In this document: positions 1 through 15,200 of the stretch, piece by piece | Layout: the number at the start of each line of letters is the position of its first letter | How positions within the stretch are numbered: position 1 is the first letter of the stretch | Assembly (NCBI GenBank): GCA_964247055.1 | Contig: OZ176052.1 | Coordinates: 5,022,001 to 5,086,000 of the forward strand | From: Paragordius varius | Lineage: Eukaryota; Animalia; Nematomorpha | DNA: 64,000 nucleotides | Reading direction: 5' to 3' | Translations under genes and position numbers: made by a program | Notes under the pieces: generated by a model | What the model was told of the DNA's origin: nothing | Database searches by the model: none | What the model saw: the letters and a program-made list of their open reading frames with translations, nothing else

Positions 1-3000
1 TTCTTCTAAAGTTTCACCCTTCTTCATATCCTCTTCAAACGTTTCTTCTAAAGTTGCACCCTTCTTCATATCCTCTTAATCCGTTTCTTCTAAAGTTGCA
101 CCCTTCTTCATATCCTTTTACACCGTTTCTTCTAAAGTTTCACCCTTCTTCATATCCTCTTCAACCGTTTCTTCTAAAGTTTCACCCTTTTCATATCCTC
201 TTCAACCGTTTCTTCTAAAGTTTCACCCTTCTTCATATCCTCTTCAAACGTTTCTTCTAAAGTTGCACCCTTCTTCATATCCTCTTAATCCGTTTCTTCT
301 AAAGTTTCACCCTTCTTCATATCCTCTTCAACCGTTTCTTCTAAAGTTTCACCCTTCTTCATATCCTCTTCAAACGTTTCTTCTAAAGTTGCACCCTTCT
401 TCATATCCTCTTAATCCGTTTCTTCTAAAGTTTCACCCTTCTTCATATCCTCTTCAACCGTTTCTTCTAAAGTTTCACCCTTCTTCATATCCTCTTGACC
501 GTTTCTTCTAAAGTTTCACCCTTCTTCATATCCTTTTACACCGTTTCTTCTAAAGTTTCACCCTTCTTCATATCCTCTTCAACCGTTTCTTCTAAAGTTT
601 CACCCTTTTCATATCCTCTTCAACCGTTTCTTCTAAAGTTTCACCCTTCTTCATATCCTCTTAATCCGTTTCTTCTAAAGTTTCACCCTTCTTCATATCC
701 TCTTCAACTTCTATAGTTTCACCCTTCTTCATATCCTCTTCAACCGTTTCTTCTATAGTTTCACCCTTCTTCATATCCTCTTCAACCGTTTCTTCTAAAG
801 TTTCACCCTTCTTCATATCCTTTTACACCGTTTCTTCTAATGTTTCACCCTTCTTCATATCCTTTTACACCGTTTCTTCTAAAGTTTCACCCTTCTTCAT
901 ATCCTCTTCAACCGTTTCTTCTAAAGTTTCACCCTTCTTCATATCCTTTTACACCGTTTCTTCTAAAGTTTCACCCTTCTTCATATCCTCTTCAACCGTT
1001 TCTTCTAAAGTTTCACCCTTTTCATATCCTCTTCAACCGTTTCTTCTAAAGGTACACCCTTCTTCATATCCTCTTAATCCGTTTCTTCTAAAGTTTCACC
1101 CTTCTTCATATCCTCTTCAACTTCTATAGTTTCACCCTTCTTCATATCCTCTTCAACCGTTTCTTCTATAGTTTCACCCTTCTTCATATCCTCTTCAACC
1201 GTTTCTTCTATAGTTTCACCCTTCTTCATATCCTCTTCAACCGTTTCTTCTAAAGTTTCACCCTTCTTCATATCCTTTTACACCGTTTCTTCTAAAGTTT
1301 CACCCTTCTTCATATCCTCTTCAACCGTTTCTTCTAAAGTTTCACCCTTCTTCATATCCTTTTACACCGTTTCTTCTAAAGTTTCACCCTTCTTCATATC
1401 CTTTTACACCGTTTCTTCTAAAGTTTCACCCTTCTTCATATCCTTTTACACCGTTTCTTCTAAAGTTTCACCCTTCTTCATATCCTCTTCAACCGTTTCT
1501 TCTAAAGTTTCACCCTTCTTCATATCCTTTTACACCGTTTCTTCTAAAGTTTCACCCTTCTTCATATCCTTTTACACCGTTTCTTCTAAAGTTTCACCCT
1601 TCTTCATATCCTCTTCAAACGTTTCTTCTAAAGTTTCACCCTTCTTCATATCCTCTTCAAACGTTTCTTCTAAAGTTGCATTCTTCTTCATATCCTTTTA
1701 CACCGTTTCTTCTAAAGTTTCACCCTTCTTCATATCCTCTTAATCCGTTTCTTCTAAAGTTTCACCCTTCTTCATATCCTCTTCAACCGTTTCTTCTAAA
1801 GTTTCACCCTTCTTCATATCCTCTTCAAACGTTTCTTCTAAAGTTTCACCCTTCTTCATATCCTTTTACACCGTTTCTTCTAAAGTTTCACCCTTCTTCA
1901 TATCCTCTTCAACCGTTTCTTCTAAAGTTTCACCCTTTTCATATCCTCTTCAACCGTTTCTTCTAAAGTTTCACCCTTTTCATATCCTCTTCAACCGTTT
2001 CTTCTAAAGGTACACCCTTCTTCATATCCTCTTAATCCGTTTCTTCTAAAGTTTCACCCTTTTCATATCCTCTTCAACCGTTTCTTCTAAAGTTTCACCC
2101 TTCTTCATATCCTTTTACACCGTTTCTTCTAAAGTTTCACCCTTCTTCATATCCTCTTCAAACGTTTCTTCTAAAGTTGCATTCTTCTTCATATCCTTTT
2201 ACACCGTTTCTTCTAAAGTTTCACCCTTCTTCATATCCTCTTAATCCGTTTCTTCTAAAGTTTCACCCTTCTTCATATCCTCTTCAACCGTTTCTTCTAA
2301 AGTTTCACCCTTCTTCATATCCTCTTCAAACGTTTCTTCTAAAGTTTCACCCTTCTTCATATCCTTTTACACCGTTTCTTCTAAAGTTTCACCCTTCTTC
2401 ATATCCTCTTCAACCGTTTCTTCTAAAGTTTCACCCTTTTCATATCCTCTTCAACCGTTTCTTCTAAAGTTTCACCCTTCTTCATATCCTCTTCAAACGT
2501 TTCTTCTAAAGTTGCACCCTTCTTCATATCCTTTTACACCGTTTCTTCTAAAGTTTCACCCTTCTTCATATCCTCTTCAACCGTTTCTTCTAAAGTTTCA
2601 CCCTTCTTCATATCCTTTTACACCGTTTCTTCTAAAGTTTCACCCTTCTTCATATCCTCTTCAAACGTTTCTTCTAAAGTTGCACCCTTCTTCATATCCT
2701 CTTAATCCGTTTCTTCTAAAGTTGCACCCTTCTTCATATCCTTTTACACCGTTTCTTCTAAAGTTTCACCCTTCTTCATATCCTCTTCAACCGTTTCTTC
2801 TAAAGTTTCACCCTTTTCATATCCTCTTCAACCGTTTCTTCTAAAGTTTCACCCTTCTTCATATCCTCTTCAAACGTTTCTTCTAAAGTTGCACCCTTCT
2901 TCATATCCTCTTAATCCGTTTCTTCTAAAGTTTCACCCTTCTTCATATCCTCTTCAACCGTTTCTTCTAAAGTTTCACCCTTCTTCATATCCTCTTCAAA

Positions 3001-6000
3001 CGTTTCTTCTAAAGTTGCACCCTTCTTCATATCCTCTTAATCCGTTTCTTCTAAAGTTTCACCCTTCTTCATATCCTCTTCAACCGTTTCTTCTAAAGTT
3101 TCACCCTTCTTCATATCCTCTTGACCGTTTCTTCTAAAGTTTCACCCTTCTTCATATCCTTTTACACCGTTTCTTCTAAAGTTTCACCCTTCTTCATATC
3201 CTCTTCAACCGTTTCTTCTAAAGTTTCACCCTTTTCATATCCTCTTCAACCGTTTCTTCTAAAGTTTCACCCTTCTTCATATCCTCTTAATCCGTTTCTT
3301 CTAAAGTTTCACCCTTCTTCATATCCTCTTCAACTTCTATAGTTTCACCCTTCTTCATATCCTCTTCAACCGTTTCTTCTATAGTTTCACCCTTCTTCAT
3401 ATCCTCTTCAACCGTTTCTTCTAAAGTTTCACCCTTCTTCATATCCTTTTACACCGTTTCTTCTAATGTTTCACCCTTCTTCATATCCTTTTACACCGTT
3501 TCTTCTAAAGTTTCACCCTTCTTCATATCCTCTTCAACCGTTTCTTCTAAAGTTTCACCCTTCTTCATATCCTTTTACACCGTTTCTTCTAAAGTTTCAC
3601 CCTTCTTCATATCCTCTTCAACCGTTTCTTCTAAAGTTTCACCCTTTTCATATCCTCTTCAACCGTTTCTTCTAAAGGTACACCCTTCTTCATATCCTCT
3701 TAATCCGTTTCTTCTAAAGTTTCACCCTTCTTCATATCCTCTTCAACTTCTATAGTTTCACCCTTCTTCATATCCTCTTCAACCGTTTCTTCTATAGTTT
3801 CACCCTTCTTCATATCCTCTTCAACCGTTTCTTCTAAAGTTTCACCCTTCTTCATATCCTTTTACACCGTTTCTTCTAAAGTTTCACCCTTCTTCATATC
3901 CTTTTACACCGTTTCTTCTAAAGTTTCACCCTTCTTCATATCCTCTTCATCCGTTTCTTCTATAGTTTCACCCTTCTTCATATCCTCTTCAAACGTTTCT
4001 TCTAAAGTTGCACCCTTCTTCATATCCTCTTCAACCGTTTCTTCTATAGTTTCACCCTTCTTCATATCCTCTTCAACCGTTTCTTCTATAGTTTCACCCT
4101 TCTTCATATCCTCTTCAACCGTTTCTTCTATAGTTTCACCCTTCTTCATATCCTCTTCAACCGTTTCTTCTATAGTTTCACCCTTCTTCATATCCTCTTC
4201 AACCGTTTCTTCTATAGTTTCACCCTTCTTCATATCCTCTTCAACCGTTTCTTCTATAGTTTCACCCTTCTTCATATCCTCTTCAACCGTTTCTTCTATA
4301 GTTTCACCCTTCTTCATATCCTCTTCAACCGTTTCTTCTATAGTTTCACCCTTCTACATATCCTCTTCAACCGTTTCTTCTAAAGTTTCACCCTTCTTCA
4401 TATCCTCTTCAACTTCTATAGTTTCACCCTTCTTCATATCCTCTTCAACCGTTTCTTCTATAGTTTCACCCTTCTTCATATCCTCTTCAAACGTTTCTTC
4501 TAAAGTTTCACCCTTCTTCATATCCTCTTCAACCGTTTCTTCTATAGTTTCACCCTTCTTCATATCCTCTTCAACCGTTTCTTCTATAGTTTCACCCTTC
4601 TTCATATCGTCTTCAACCGTTTCTTCCAAAGTTTCACCCTTCTTCATATCCTCTTCAACTTCTATAGTTTCACCCTTCTTCATATCCTCTTCAACCGTTT
4701 CTTCTATAGTTTCACCCTTCTTCATATCCTCTTCAACTTTTATAGTTTCACCCTTCTTCATATCCTCTTCAACCGTTTCTTCTAAAGTTTCACCCTTCTT
4801 CATATCCTCTTCATCCGTTTCTTCTAAAGTTTCACCCTTCTTCATATCCTCTTCAACTTCTATAGTTTCACCCTTCTTCATATCCTCTTCAACCGTTTCT
4901 TCTAAAGTTTCACCCTTCTTCATATCCTCTTCAACCCTTTCTTCTATTGTTTCACCCTTCTTCATATCCTCTTCAACCGTTTCTTCTAAAGTTTCACCCT
5001 TCTTCATATCCTCTTCAACTTCTATAGTTTCACCCTTCTTCATATCCTCTTCAACCGTTTCTTCTATAGTTTCACCCTTCTTCATATCCTCTTCAACCGT
5101 TTCTTCTATTGTTTCACCCTTCTTCATATCCTCTTCAACCGTTTCTTCTATAGTTTCACCCTTCTTCATATCCTCTTCAAACGTTTCTTCTAAAGTTTCA
5201 CCCTTCTTCATATCCTCTTCAACCGTTTCTTCTATAGTTTCACCCTTCTTCATATCCTCTTCAACCGTTTCTTCTATAGTTTCACCCTTCTTCATATCCT
5301 CTTCAAACGTTTCTTCTAAAGTTTCACCCTTCTTCATATCCTCTTCAACCGTTTCTTCTATAGTTTCACCCTTCTTCATATCCTCTTCAACCGTTTCTTC
5401 TATAGTTTCACCCTTCTTCATATCCTCTCAACCGTTTCTTCTAAAGTTTCACCCTTCTTCATATCCTCTTCAACCGTTTCTTCTATTGTTTCACCCTTCT
5501 TCATATCCTCTTCAACCGTTTCTTCTATAGTTTCACCCTTCTTCATATCCTCTTCAAACGTTTCTTCTAAAGTTTCACCCTTCTTCATATCCTCTTCAAC
5601 CGTTTCTTCTATAGTTTCACCCTTCTTCATATCCTCTTCAACCGTTTCTTCTATAGTTTCACCCTTCTTCATATCCTCTTCAAACGTTTCTTCTAAAGTT
5701 TCACCCTTCTTCATATCCTCTTCAAACGTTTCTTCTAAAGTTTCACCCTTCTTCATATCCTCTTCAACCGTTTCTTCTAAAGTTTCACCCTTTTCATATC
5801 CTCTTCAACCGTTTCTTCTAAAGTTTCACCCTTTTCATATCCTCTTCAACCGTTTCTTCTAAAGTTTCACCCTTTTCATATCCTCTTCAACCGTTTCTTC
5901 TAAAGTTTCACCCTTTTCATATCCTCTTCAACCGTTTCTTCTAAAGTTTCACCCTTTTCATATCCTCTTCAACCGTTTCTTCTAAAGTTTCACCCTTCTT

Positions 6001-6170
6001 CATATCCTTTTAATCCGTTTCTTCTAAAGTTTCACCCTTCTTCATATCCTCTTCAACTTCTATAGTTTCACCCTTCTTCATATCCTCTTCAACCGTTTCT
6101 TCTATAGTTTCACTCTTCTTCATATTCTTTTCAACCGTTTCTTCTAAAGTTTCACCCTTCTTCATATCCA
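1..6170. repeat. 42-bp tandem minisatellite array (continues beyond window start); minus strand reads as (MKKGETIEETVEED)n
   Basis: Unit TTCTTCTAAAGTTTCACCCTTCTTCATATCCTCTTCAACCGT repeated head-to-tail for ~6.2 kb, with 36-bp and 41-bp variants. Minus-strand ORFs 3904-4317, 4354-5421 and 5418-5756 translate to the 14-aa repeat. Confidence 0.98.
3904..5756 (-). other. Nearly open acidic repeat-protein frame within the minisatellite (possible exon or decaying gene)
   Basis: About 44 units read in frame, interrupted only by a 1-nt deletion near 5428 and an AAG>TAG change near 4355. Unit variants here are mostly codon-preserving. No start, signal or flanking exon was identified. Confidence 0.3.
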
Positions 6171-6900
6171 GAACTTTACATTTGAAATAATTTTTTGTTG
6201 TATTTATTCATAATATATGCGTTTTAACGCAATTATTAACATAATTATGTAATATAAAATTCTCCCTAATATTTGAAAACCAAATATTTAAAAAGTACAT
6301 CATCATATAACATAAATCAAATAAACAAAAAGTCATTTCAAAGTATCATGATACGGAATTTATAGTTTTTAAATCCTTTTAAAGCATATTTTAGAGAATA
6401 AACCCAAGATATTAATGTGCCAATATATGGGTTTATTGTTTAAGCTGATTTGTCAGCAAAATTGAAGAATCAAAATCTCGTATGTAAATAAAATTACCTT
6501 ATAAGTTTTGTTTGTCCCACACATGATCTAAATATATCTTTTTGCACGAATTTTATGGATTTTTCTAATTAATAATGATTTGATATGATTATATTTAGAA
6601 CGTGGTTAGTACGTATATAAACAGTTTTTAAATAATGATGATTAGAATATGTAAACGATTGTTGATTAATAAATATAAAAAGCAAATTATTTTTTTAATA
6701 AACGCAAGTTTATAAAAATGATAGATGACATCCCAAATATATTTTTTTAAAAATGAATTTATTTTTCAAAAATTTAATTTTTAGAATTTTGTTGAAGCGT
6801 GCTTTATACTATTTTAACAATACATGATCTTTTGGGATATATAGAGAGCGATTGAAAATTTGAATATCTTAAAAAGCATCTAAGTTATTATAAAAAATAT

Positions 6901-7325
6901 ATTTTCTTTAGCCTTATAGGCGCATAATACAAAAAGTTTTTTTAAAAATATAAAATTAAATAAATCATCTCAAATTTCGCCGCCATTATTTCTTTGAATT
7001 TTTTAAAATCGCTTATACAATAGGCAATTAATGTATATTATGGTTAGAAAATGTTAAATTAACATTTGTACGCTTTCCAGTTGCATTTTACCAGCAAAAA
7101 CTTGATATTTATTGATTTTAAAATCAGATTTAGTTCTATCGTATTTTGAAGCTGTTTCAATTTTAGACTCCCGAAGTCACAGAACGGTATAAATAAGCTT
7201 TTTTATCTAAAAAATGAGAATATAGAGTTAAATAACTAAAATAACTTTCAAAAACTTATTTAAAAGATTAAGCACTAATGAAACTACCCCATTGTGTGAT
7301 CGCGGACAAAAAGTGAAAGACCATA
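6901..7325 (+). mobile_element. Dispersed foldback/long-TIR repeat family arm (family B)
   Basis: Shares TTTCTTTAGCCTT.AGGCGC...ATTATGGTTA...TTTACCAGCAAAAACTTGATA...GGACAAAAAGTGAAAG with copies at ~40000-40390, 41631-41940, 44090-44420 and 61995-62410, and with inverted copies at 40800-41480 and 42090-42290. Confidence 0.7.
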
Positions 7326-7869
7326 AATGTTGACCAGCTGGAATCGGTAATAAAATTTTAAGGAATCATAAAAACACTTTTTCTTTATAATTCGATTATG
7401 AACATTTCACCTCGGAATTTTAATTTTGTTCTTTTGCTTTCATATTTGGATCAATTATTATAAAAAGACAAAATTATATTATAATCAAAATTCCGAAGTA
7501 AAAATATTCAGAATTGCAATAGTTATATATGAAAAACGCTTAAAATATCTAGCATTTTTGTACCGTTTCCATCGTTCCTCAAAATAGTATGATGTACGCT
7601 TCTTCAACATTTTGTTAAACATTAAATTCTTGAAAAATGTATGCATTTTTGGGGTTTTACAATCTAGCTAATAAATTTTTATCACCCAATCTCGCCATTT
7701 TTGCCTTTATCTTAAAAAATATCTCATTTTAGAAGAGCCAAAAATGGGACTCCAAAGCCCACATCAAAATTTTTAAAAAATATTCCATTTTATATGTAGT
7801 TTATTTTCTTATATGACTCGTAACGACCATTTTGTGGTAATCGAAAATGGAATAGTTATAAAACTCGAA

Positions 7870-8470
7870 TTTATTACAGCTGATTTTAAAACTAAATCAT
7901 GAATATTTGCTGCCAAAATATAATATGAAAGTTAAATTAATTTCATTTCAACCATAAAAAACTAATTAGTTCGTTGTACTGGCATTCAAAAAACAGAGAA
8001 AAAAATTAACATCAAAAAGTTAAGGTGAGGTTTTATTACATTTTATAAAAGTCCGTTTTGGATTATGCAGACAAAATAAGAATGGAGATTTTTGATTTGG
8101 ACCAATATCTAAAACACATTATGAAATATTCTAAAAAAAAATCACCGTTGACTACAAAACTCCAAAATGTAATTCAAAAATGCTTTCGGATTTAGTAGTT
8201 CAAAGGTGGGCAAACACATATATAATTAAATGTTTTTTTGGGTATATTTGTCACATAAAATTTGATTTTTATTTAAGATAATGAGTCAAAATGCATTCTT
8301 AGTTTTTTTGGCGCATGATTCTCAAGAAAATTGGAATAGTGGTGCATTTTTCGCCTCATTTTTATTGATTTCGTCGCCAGTACAACACACAAATAGTTAA
8401 TTATTATGGTTAAAAAACAAAATATATTTTAAATAATTTTTTAGCAGCATGTGTATCGAATTTGAACTCT
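7870..8470. repeat. Imperfect ~600-bp inverted repeat (foldback MITE-like)
   Basis: Left arm ...CAACCATAAAAAACTAATTAGTTCGTTGTACTGGC (~7950-7982) is complementary to the right arm GCCAGTACAACACACAAATAGTTAATTATTATGGTT (~8376-8411). Confidence 0.6.
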
Positions 8471-9412
8471 GGAACTTGTACAACTGTATTACATAAAGGC
8501 TTTTTATGGAATTAATGAAAACTCTTCATAATTAAATTTTTACCAAAACAGCTTATAAAACAGTAGCGTCAATTTTAAGATCTACAAAACTCTTCATACA
8601 AGTTTCCTATAAAAAGTAATGTAATGTTGATACTTTACCGTTTTTAATTTGTTAATAAAAAATAATTTATGATGTGTAAGAAAATTGACAGAAACATTAT
8701 TGGATGGTCAAATACTGTAAATTGAAATTTAGCTAAGAACTAAAGATGTGCGGGCTCATCCTTGAGCGAGTTCCACTTTTATTTAATATTAATCTTAATT
8801 TGGTATAATTTCTTTGTCTTTATGATAACCTTCTTATATGCAAATATATTTTTTTGGGCAAACTACTTGTTCGTAGACTGTAAATTTGATAAATATTTAA
8901 TCCATGTTTTTAGCCAAAATAAACATTATTTCATTGCTTTAATTAACCAGCGCATATGTACTGATTAACAAAGAAAGCCACAAAAAAGTAATGATTAAAA
9001 TTTTATTTACTCTTTAAATCGGGCTTCATGTAAAAATGATTATAACGGGTGTATAAAAATATTAATTAATAATATAAATAATAAAACAAATAAATGTAAA
9101 AAAAGTTTAGAAATTTATATCAAAGTTTTTTTGTCACATCAAAATATTTATTTTACAATAGTTCCGCAATGACGCAAATTACAAAAAAATAGTTTCGTCT
9201 AGAAAAATTTAAATTATTTTACAAACGCAATTAGTTGGTCATCTTTATATATTTGATAATTAATATAAAATATTTTCTACCGCTTTTGTCCAATAATTTA
9301 ATAATGATTTTTAACTTAAAGAACAGAAGAACTTTGTAAAATTTAATCAATAGGAAATGTAAGAATAAACATTTAACGGCCTAAAAATTAATTCCAGCCC
9401 CTAGCGAACTCT

Positions 9413-9567
9413 CAATGGTGTCCAATAGATAAAACCCTTTAAAAAAGATACGTGAATAGAATATTTTTACAGATAGAAGTTTTTATTGGTTTTTTTTTTA
9501 TTTTTTGTGAGCCACGGAGAAAGCCGGGAAGGACCTTCGCATGCGGCCCGCGTGTTATACACTCCAG
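9413..9567. mobile_element. hAT (Charlie-like) MITE, degenerate
   Basis: Ends CAATGGTGTCCAA and GCATGCGGCCCGCGTGTTATACACTCCAG match the CAGGGGTGTCCAA...GCGGCCCGCG family seen at 23772, 38191, 40959 and 45712. Confidence 0.55.
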
Positions 9568-9711
9568 CTTTTCAGCTAATTAATGTACGATTAATGATAT
9601 ATATATATATATATATATTGAAAACAAGGCGTTATAACTGACCATTTTATATTTAATATGACATTTGGCACAAGGGAATAAAACATTTATATAATTTATT
9701 ACAGATAAATA

Positions 9712-12244
<2,533 letters not shown>

Positions 12245-12283
12245 GTGTGAGTTGTGTTTCGTTATGGATCATTCATTGAAAGC

Positions 12284-15200
12284 ATGATGACTGATTTGAT
12301 CGTAGCTAAGGAAAATACTGAAGAAGACGAGGCATGGCTTTTTGGAGGTAACTTATCATATATAATGTAATAGATTTGAATAAAAAGTTTTTTTTCCTAT
12401 ATATAATTTTATAGTTCTGAATCAATAGATGTTATTGACAGTGAATCAAAAGTATAATGCGCCATAATTTTTATTATTAGAATGATGTTCAAATTACTGA
12501 TCAAAACCTAATGATAAATAAGGAAGAAAATGGCGCATCGAACCTGGAAAACAATTCATTAAACGACGCACCTAATATAAATAATTTAGATAATCATCAG
12601 TCAGAAAATGAAACCAAAATGCCACCTAAAAATAATGACATGACCCAAGATTCAGACGACGAGGATGAAGATGATGATGTTCAAATTACGATACGTGACA
12701 TAAAAACTAATCCACCAAACTTTGCCGCTGGTGCCGGTTCTGGACTTATGGGAGGTGTGGGTCCCAAAGGTCAAACACCATTCAATAAATCTTTAAGTAA
12801 GGAAGAAATTTTACTATTTATGTTATTCTGTTGGACGAAAATTATCTTTTTTAGTTATAATATTAGTATGGATCGAAAACCAAAATTTTACTTTATAATT
12901 GGATATATGCCGTTTGTAAATCTTTGTATAACTAAAGTTATTTGACAATTATTATTTTTATTATTAACACAATTAGTCATTTTAAAAATAGGGAATGAAA
13001 TAAATTGTTTTTTTATTTTTTTTTATGATTGTAGTTATTTAATAAGTCTTAAAGTAAATTATTGAAATCATGTCAAAAAATTGGGAAGTTGTATACAAAT
13101 TTGATTGAGTTATGGCCTCTTATTTAGGCCTAGCTATAAATAAACCGAAAGAATTTGACTGAATACATTAGAATGCTTGTTTTATTTAAAATCGTTTTTG
13201 CAATAAATATGATATTCAATGTTTATGATTACATTTATTTTCTGATTATATAATACTATTATATTATAAATACTTTAGCCCAATTACAAGGTGTAAAATT
13301 TAGTAAAATGGGTGCCTTGGATGTCGATGAGGTAGGCAAATACATGGATAAAAATATTTTTGAACTTAATTTGGAGGAACTTGAAGATAAACCATGGCGA
13401 AGACCGGGTAAATAAATTTATTTTAATAAATTACAAAAAAATTAAAATTTTAAGGCAAAACGTAAAAAACAACTTTTTATAATTTTCCCATACCTTTTTA
13501 AACCTTTTAAACCATAAGAATTATTATTTATTGTATTATTAATAATCTCTATTGCTTATGAAATAAACGATAAGTTATATATAATATATCAAAATTTAAA
13601 AGTATACCCAAGTTTTATTCTATCAATATTTTAATGACTTTATTTTTTTATCCTATCAATATATTTTATTCCATGATTGTTTTAATTTACATTTTCAAGG
13701 GGCCGATATAACGGATTATTTTAATTATGGATTCACTGAGGACACCTGGAAAATTTATTGTGATAGACAACGTGGACTCCGATCTGAAAATGATGCCTTC
13801 GAAAAGTTGAAGCAGGTGACTTATTTTAATCGTTACTTTTTATTTTTTTTCTAAATATATGTTAAATAATGTGGTGTGTTTTAAGTTAGTCAGCCTATTT
13901 TAAATATTTTTAGTTACTGTAATTAACATTATTATATTATATAGTTAATACCCCCGGAATATAGAGCCATTTATCTCCCAGGCATAGGTATATTACATAT
14001 TTTTATAGTACTTCTTATACATTTTTTATTTTTATGAAACATCTACAAAATTATATTATGTATATTGCCAAACATTGAAGTTATTATATATTTTTTTATA
14101 TTTTCTTAGTAAATTAATATATAATGGCGTAATACACTGTAAGAATCTAAGTAATAACTTTGAAAAATTACCTCGTAATATACTGCTTTTAAAATTAGTA
14201 AATCCAAACATTTCTCAATTAACTCACCTACCGCATCTACAACATTTATCCGCTAAACCTGGGGTTGGTCCGCTTTTACAAGTCGATAATCAAAGGTTTA
14301 AATTTTATGTTTTTTAATCATTAATTTTGTAAATTTTGGCGTTTACTTGGAAATTTATTTTATCAAATTTTTATTTGTTAATTTACATTATTTAAACTTG
14401 TATAGATTGGTACAATTAAGCCCATCTCGGCCCAATAAAACATTATTACCTCTCACGAGTGAAGCGATAATGGAAAATTCTGGTATAACTTTTTTATACT
14501 TACTTAAATTAATATAATATCAATTAATAATTACATTTAGGGTCGGGTCTGACTTATTATGGATCGCTCAAAAATATAACCAGTTAAATACTTTTAAACA
14601 CTTTTTTCTATGAATGATTATATTATTATACAATAATGGTTTATAATTTAAATCTGATATGTAAAAATTGTGAAGTTTTATATTAATTCGGTTTAAATTA
14701 ATTCATTATTAAAACTATTAATACGAATTTGAAAGGTAAACTTAATTTTTTGGGTATTTTTCATTTTGATTTGTTAGGTAACACCATATATTTTACATGT
14801 GTCGTTATGATTACCGCTTAGACTCTCTGCATTTATAAAGAAATGACTTTTTTTCGATCAGCTAAAACCCAATCTTAATTACATTTCCCTATAATATTTC
14901 ATTGTAGTTTCTGCAAATGCTGATATCCCATTAGATACTAACAATAATATTCAAAACAAAGATTCCAATAGTATTATCACTTCAACAAACGTGATTGGAA
15001 TGAAAATTGAAAGTGAAGACAACACAAAAATGGTGGAACCTTCGTCTGCGGACTCAAAACAATTGACTGGACCACCTTTGTACCAACATGGAGTGGTTAT
15101 TCCCGGTGGCGTTGTAAACATTCCACCAGGTATTGTTTTAAGTCACACTAAAATATCACGCATTAAATTATGTTGCAAAATATAGTATTTAATTTAAGGC

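Noticed and set aside
263-3675. Plus-strand ORFs of the HPSSYPLQPFLLKF type
   Set aside because: Shadow frames of the pyrimidine-rich repeat strand, starting at alternative codons, with no independent support.
1-3900. TAA reassigned to Glu (recurrent GAA>TAA at the same repeat codon)
   Set aside because: DIMT1, FIP1L1, GS, coronin and EGFL7/8 all terminate with TAA and no conserved exon contains an in-frame TAA, so the standard code applies.
1-6170. CRISPR array interpretation of the regular repeat
   Set aside because: Units are directly adjacent with no unique spacers, there are no cas genes, and the context is a eukaryotic intron-containing genome.
12245-12283. Spliced-leader trans-splice acceptor (AG one base before the FIP1L1 ATG)
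   Set aside because: The other six genes lack a comparable AG just upstream of the ATG, so a single case is not evidence.
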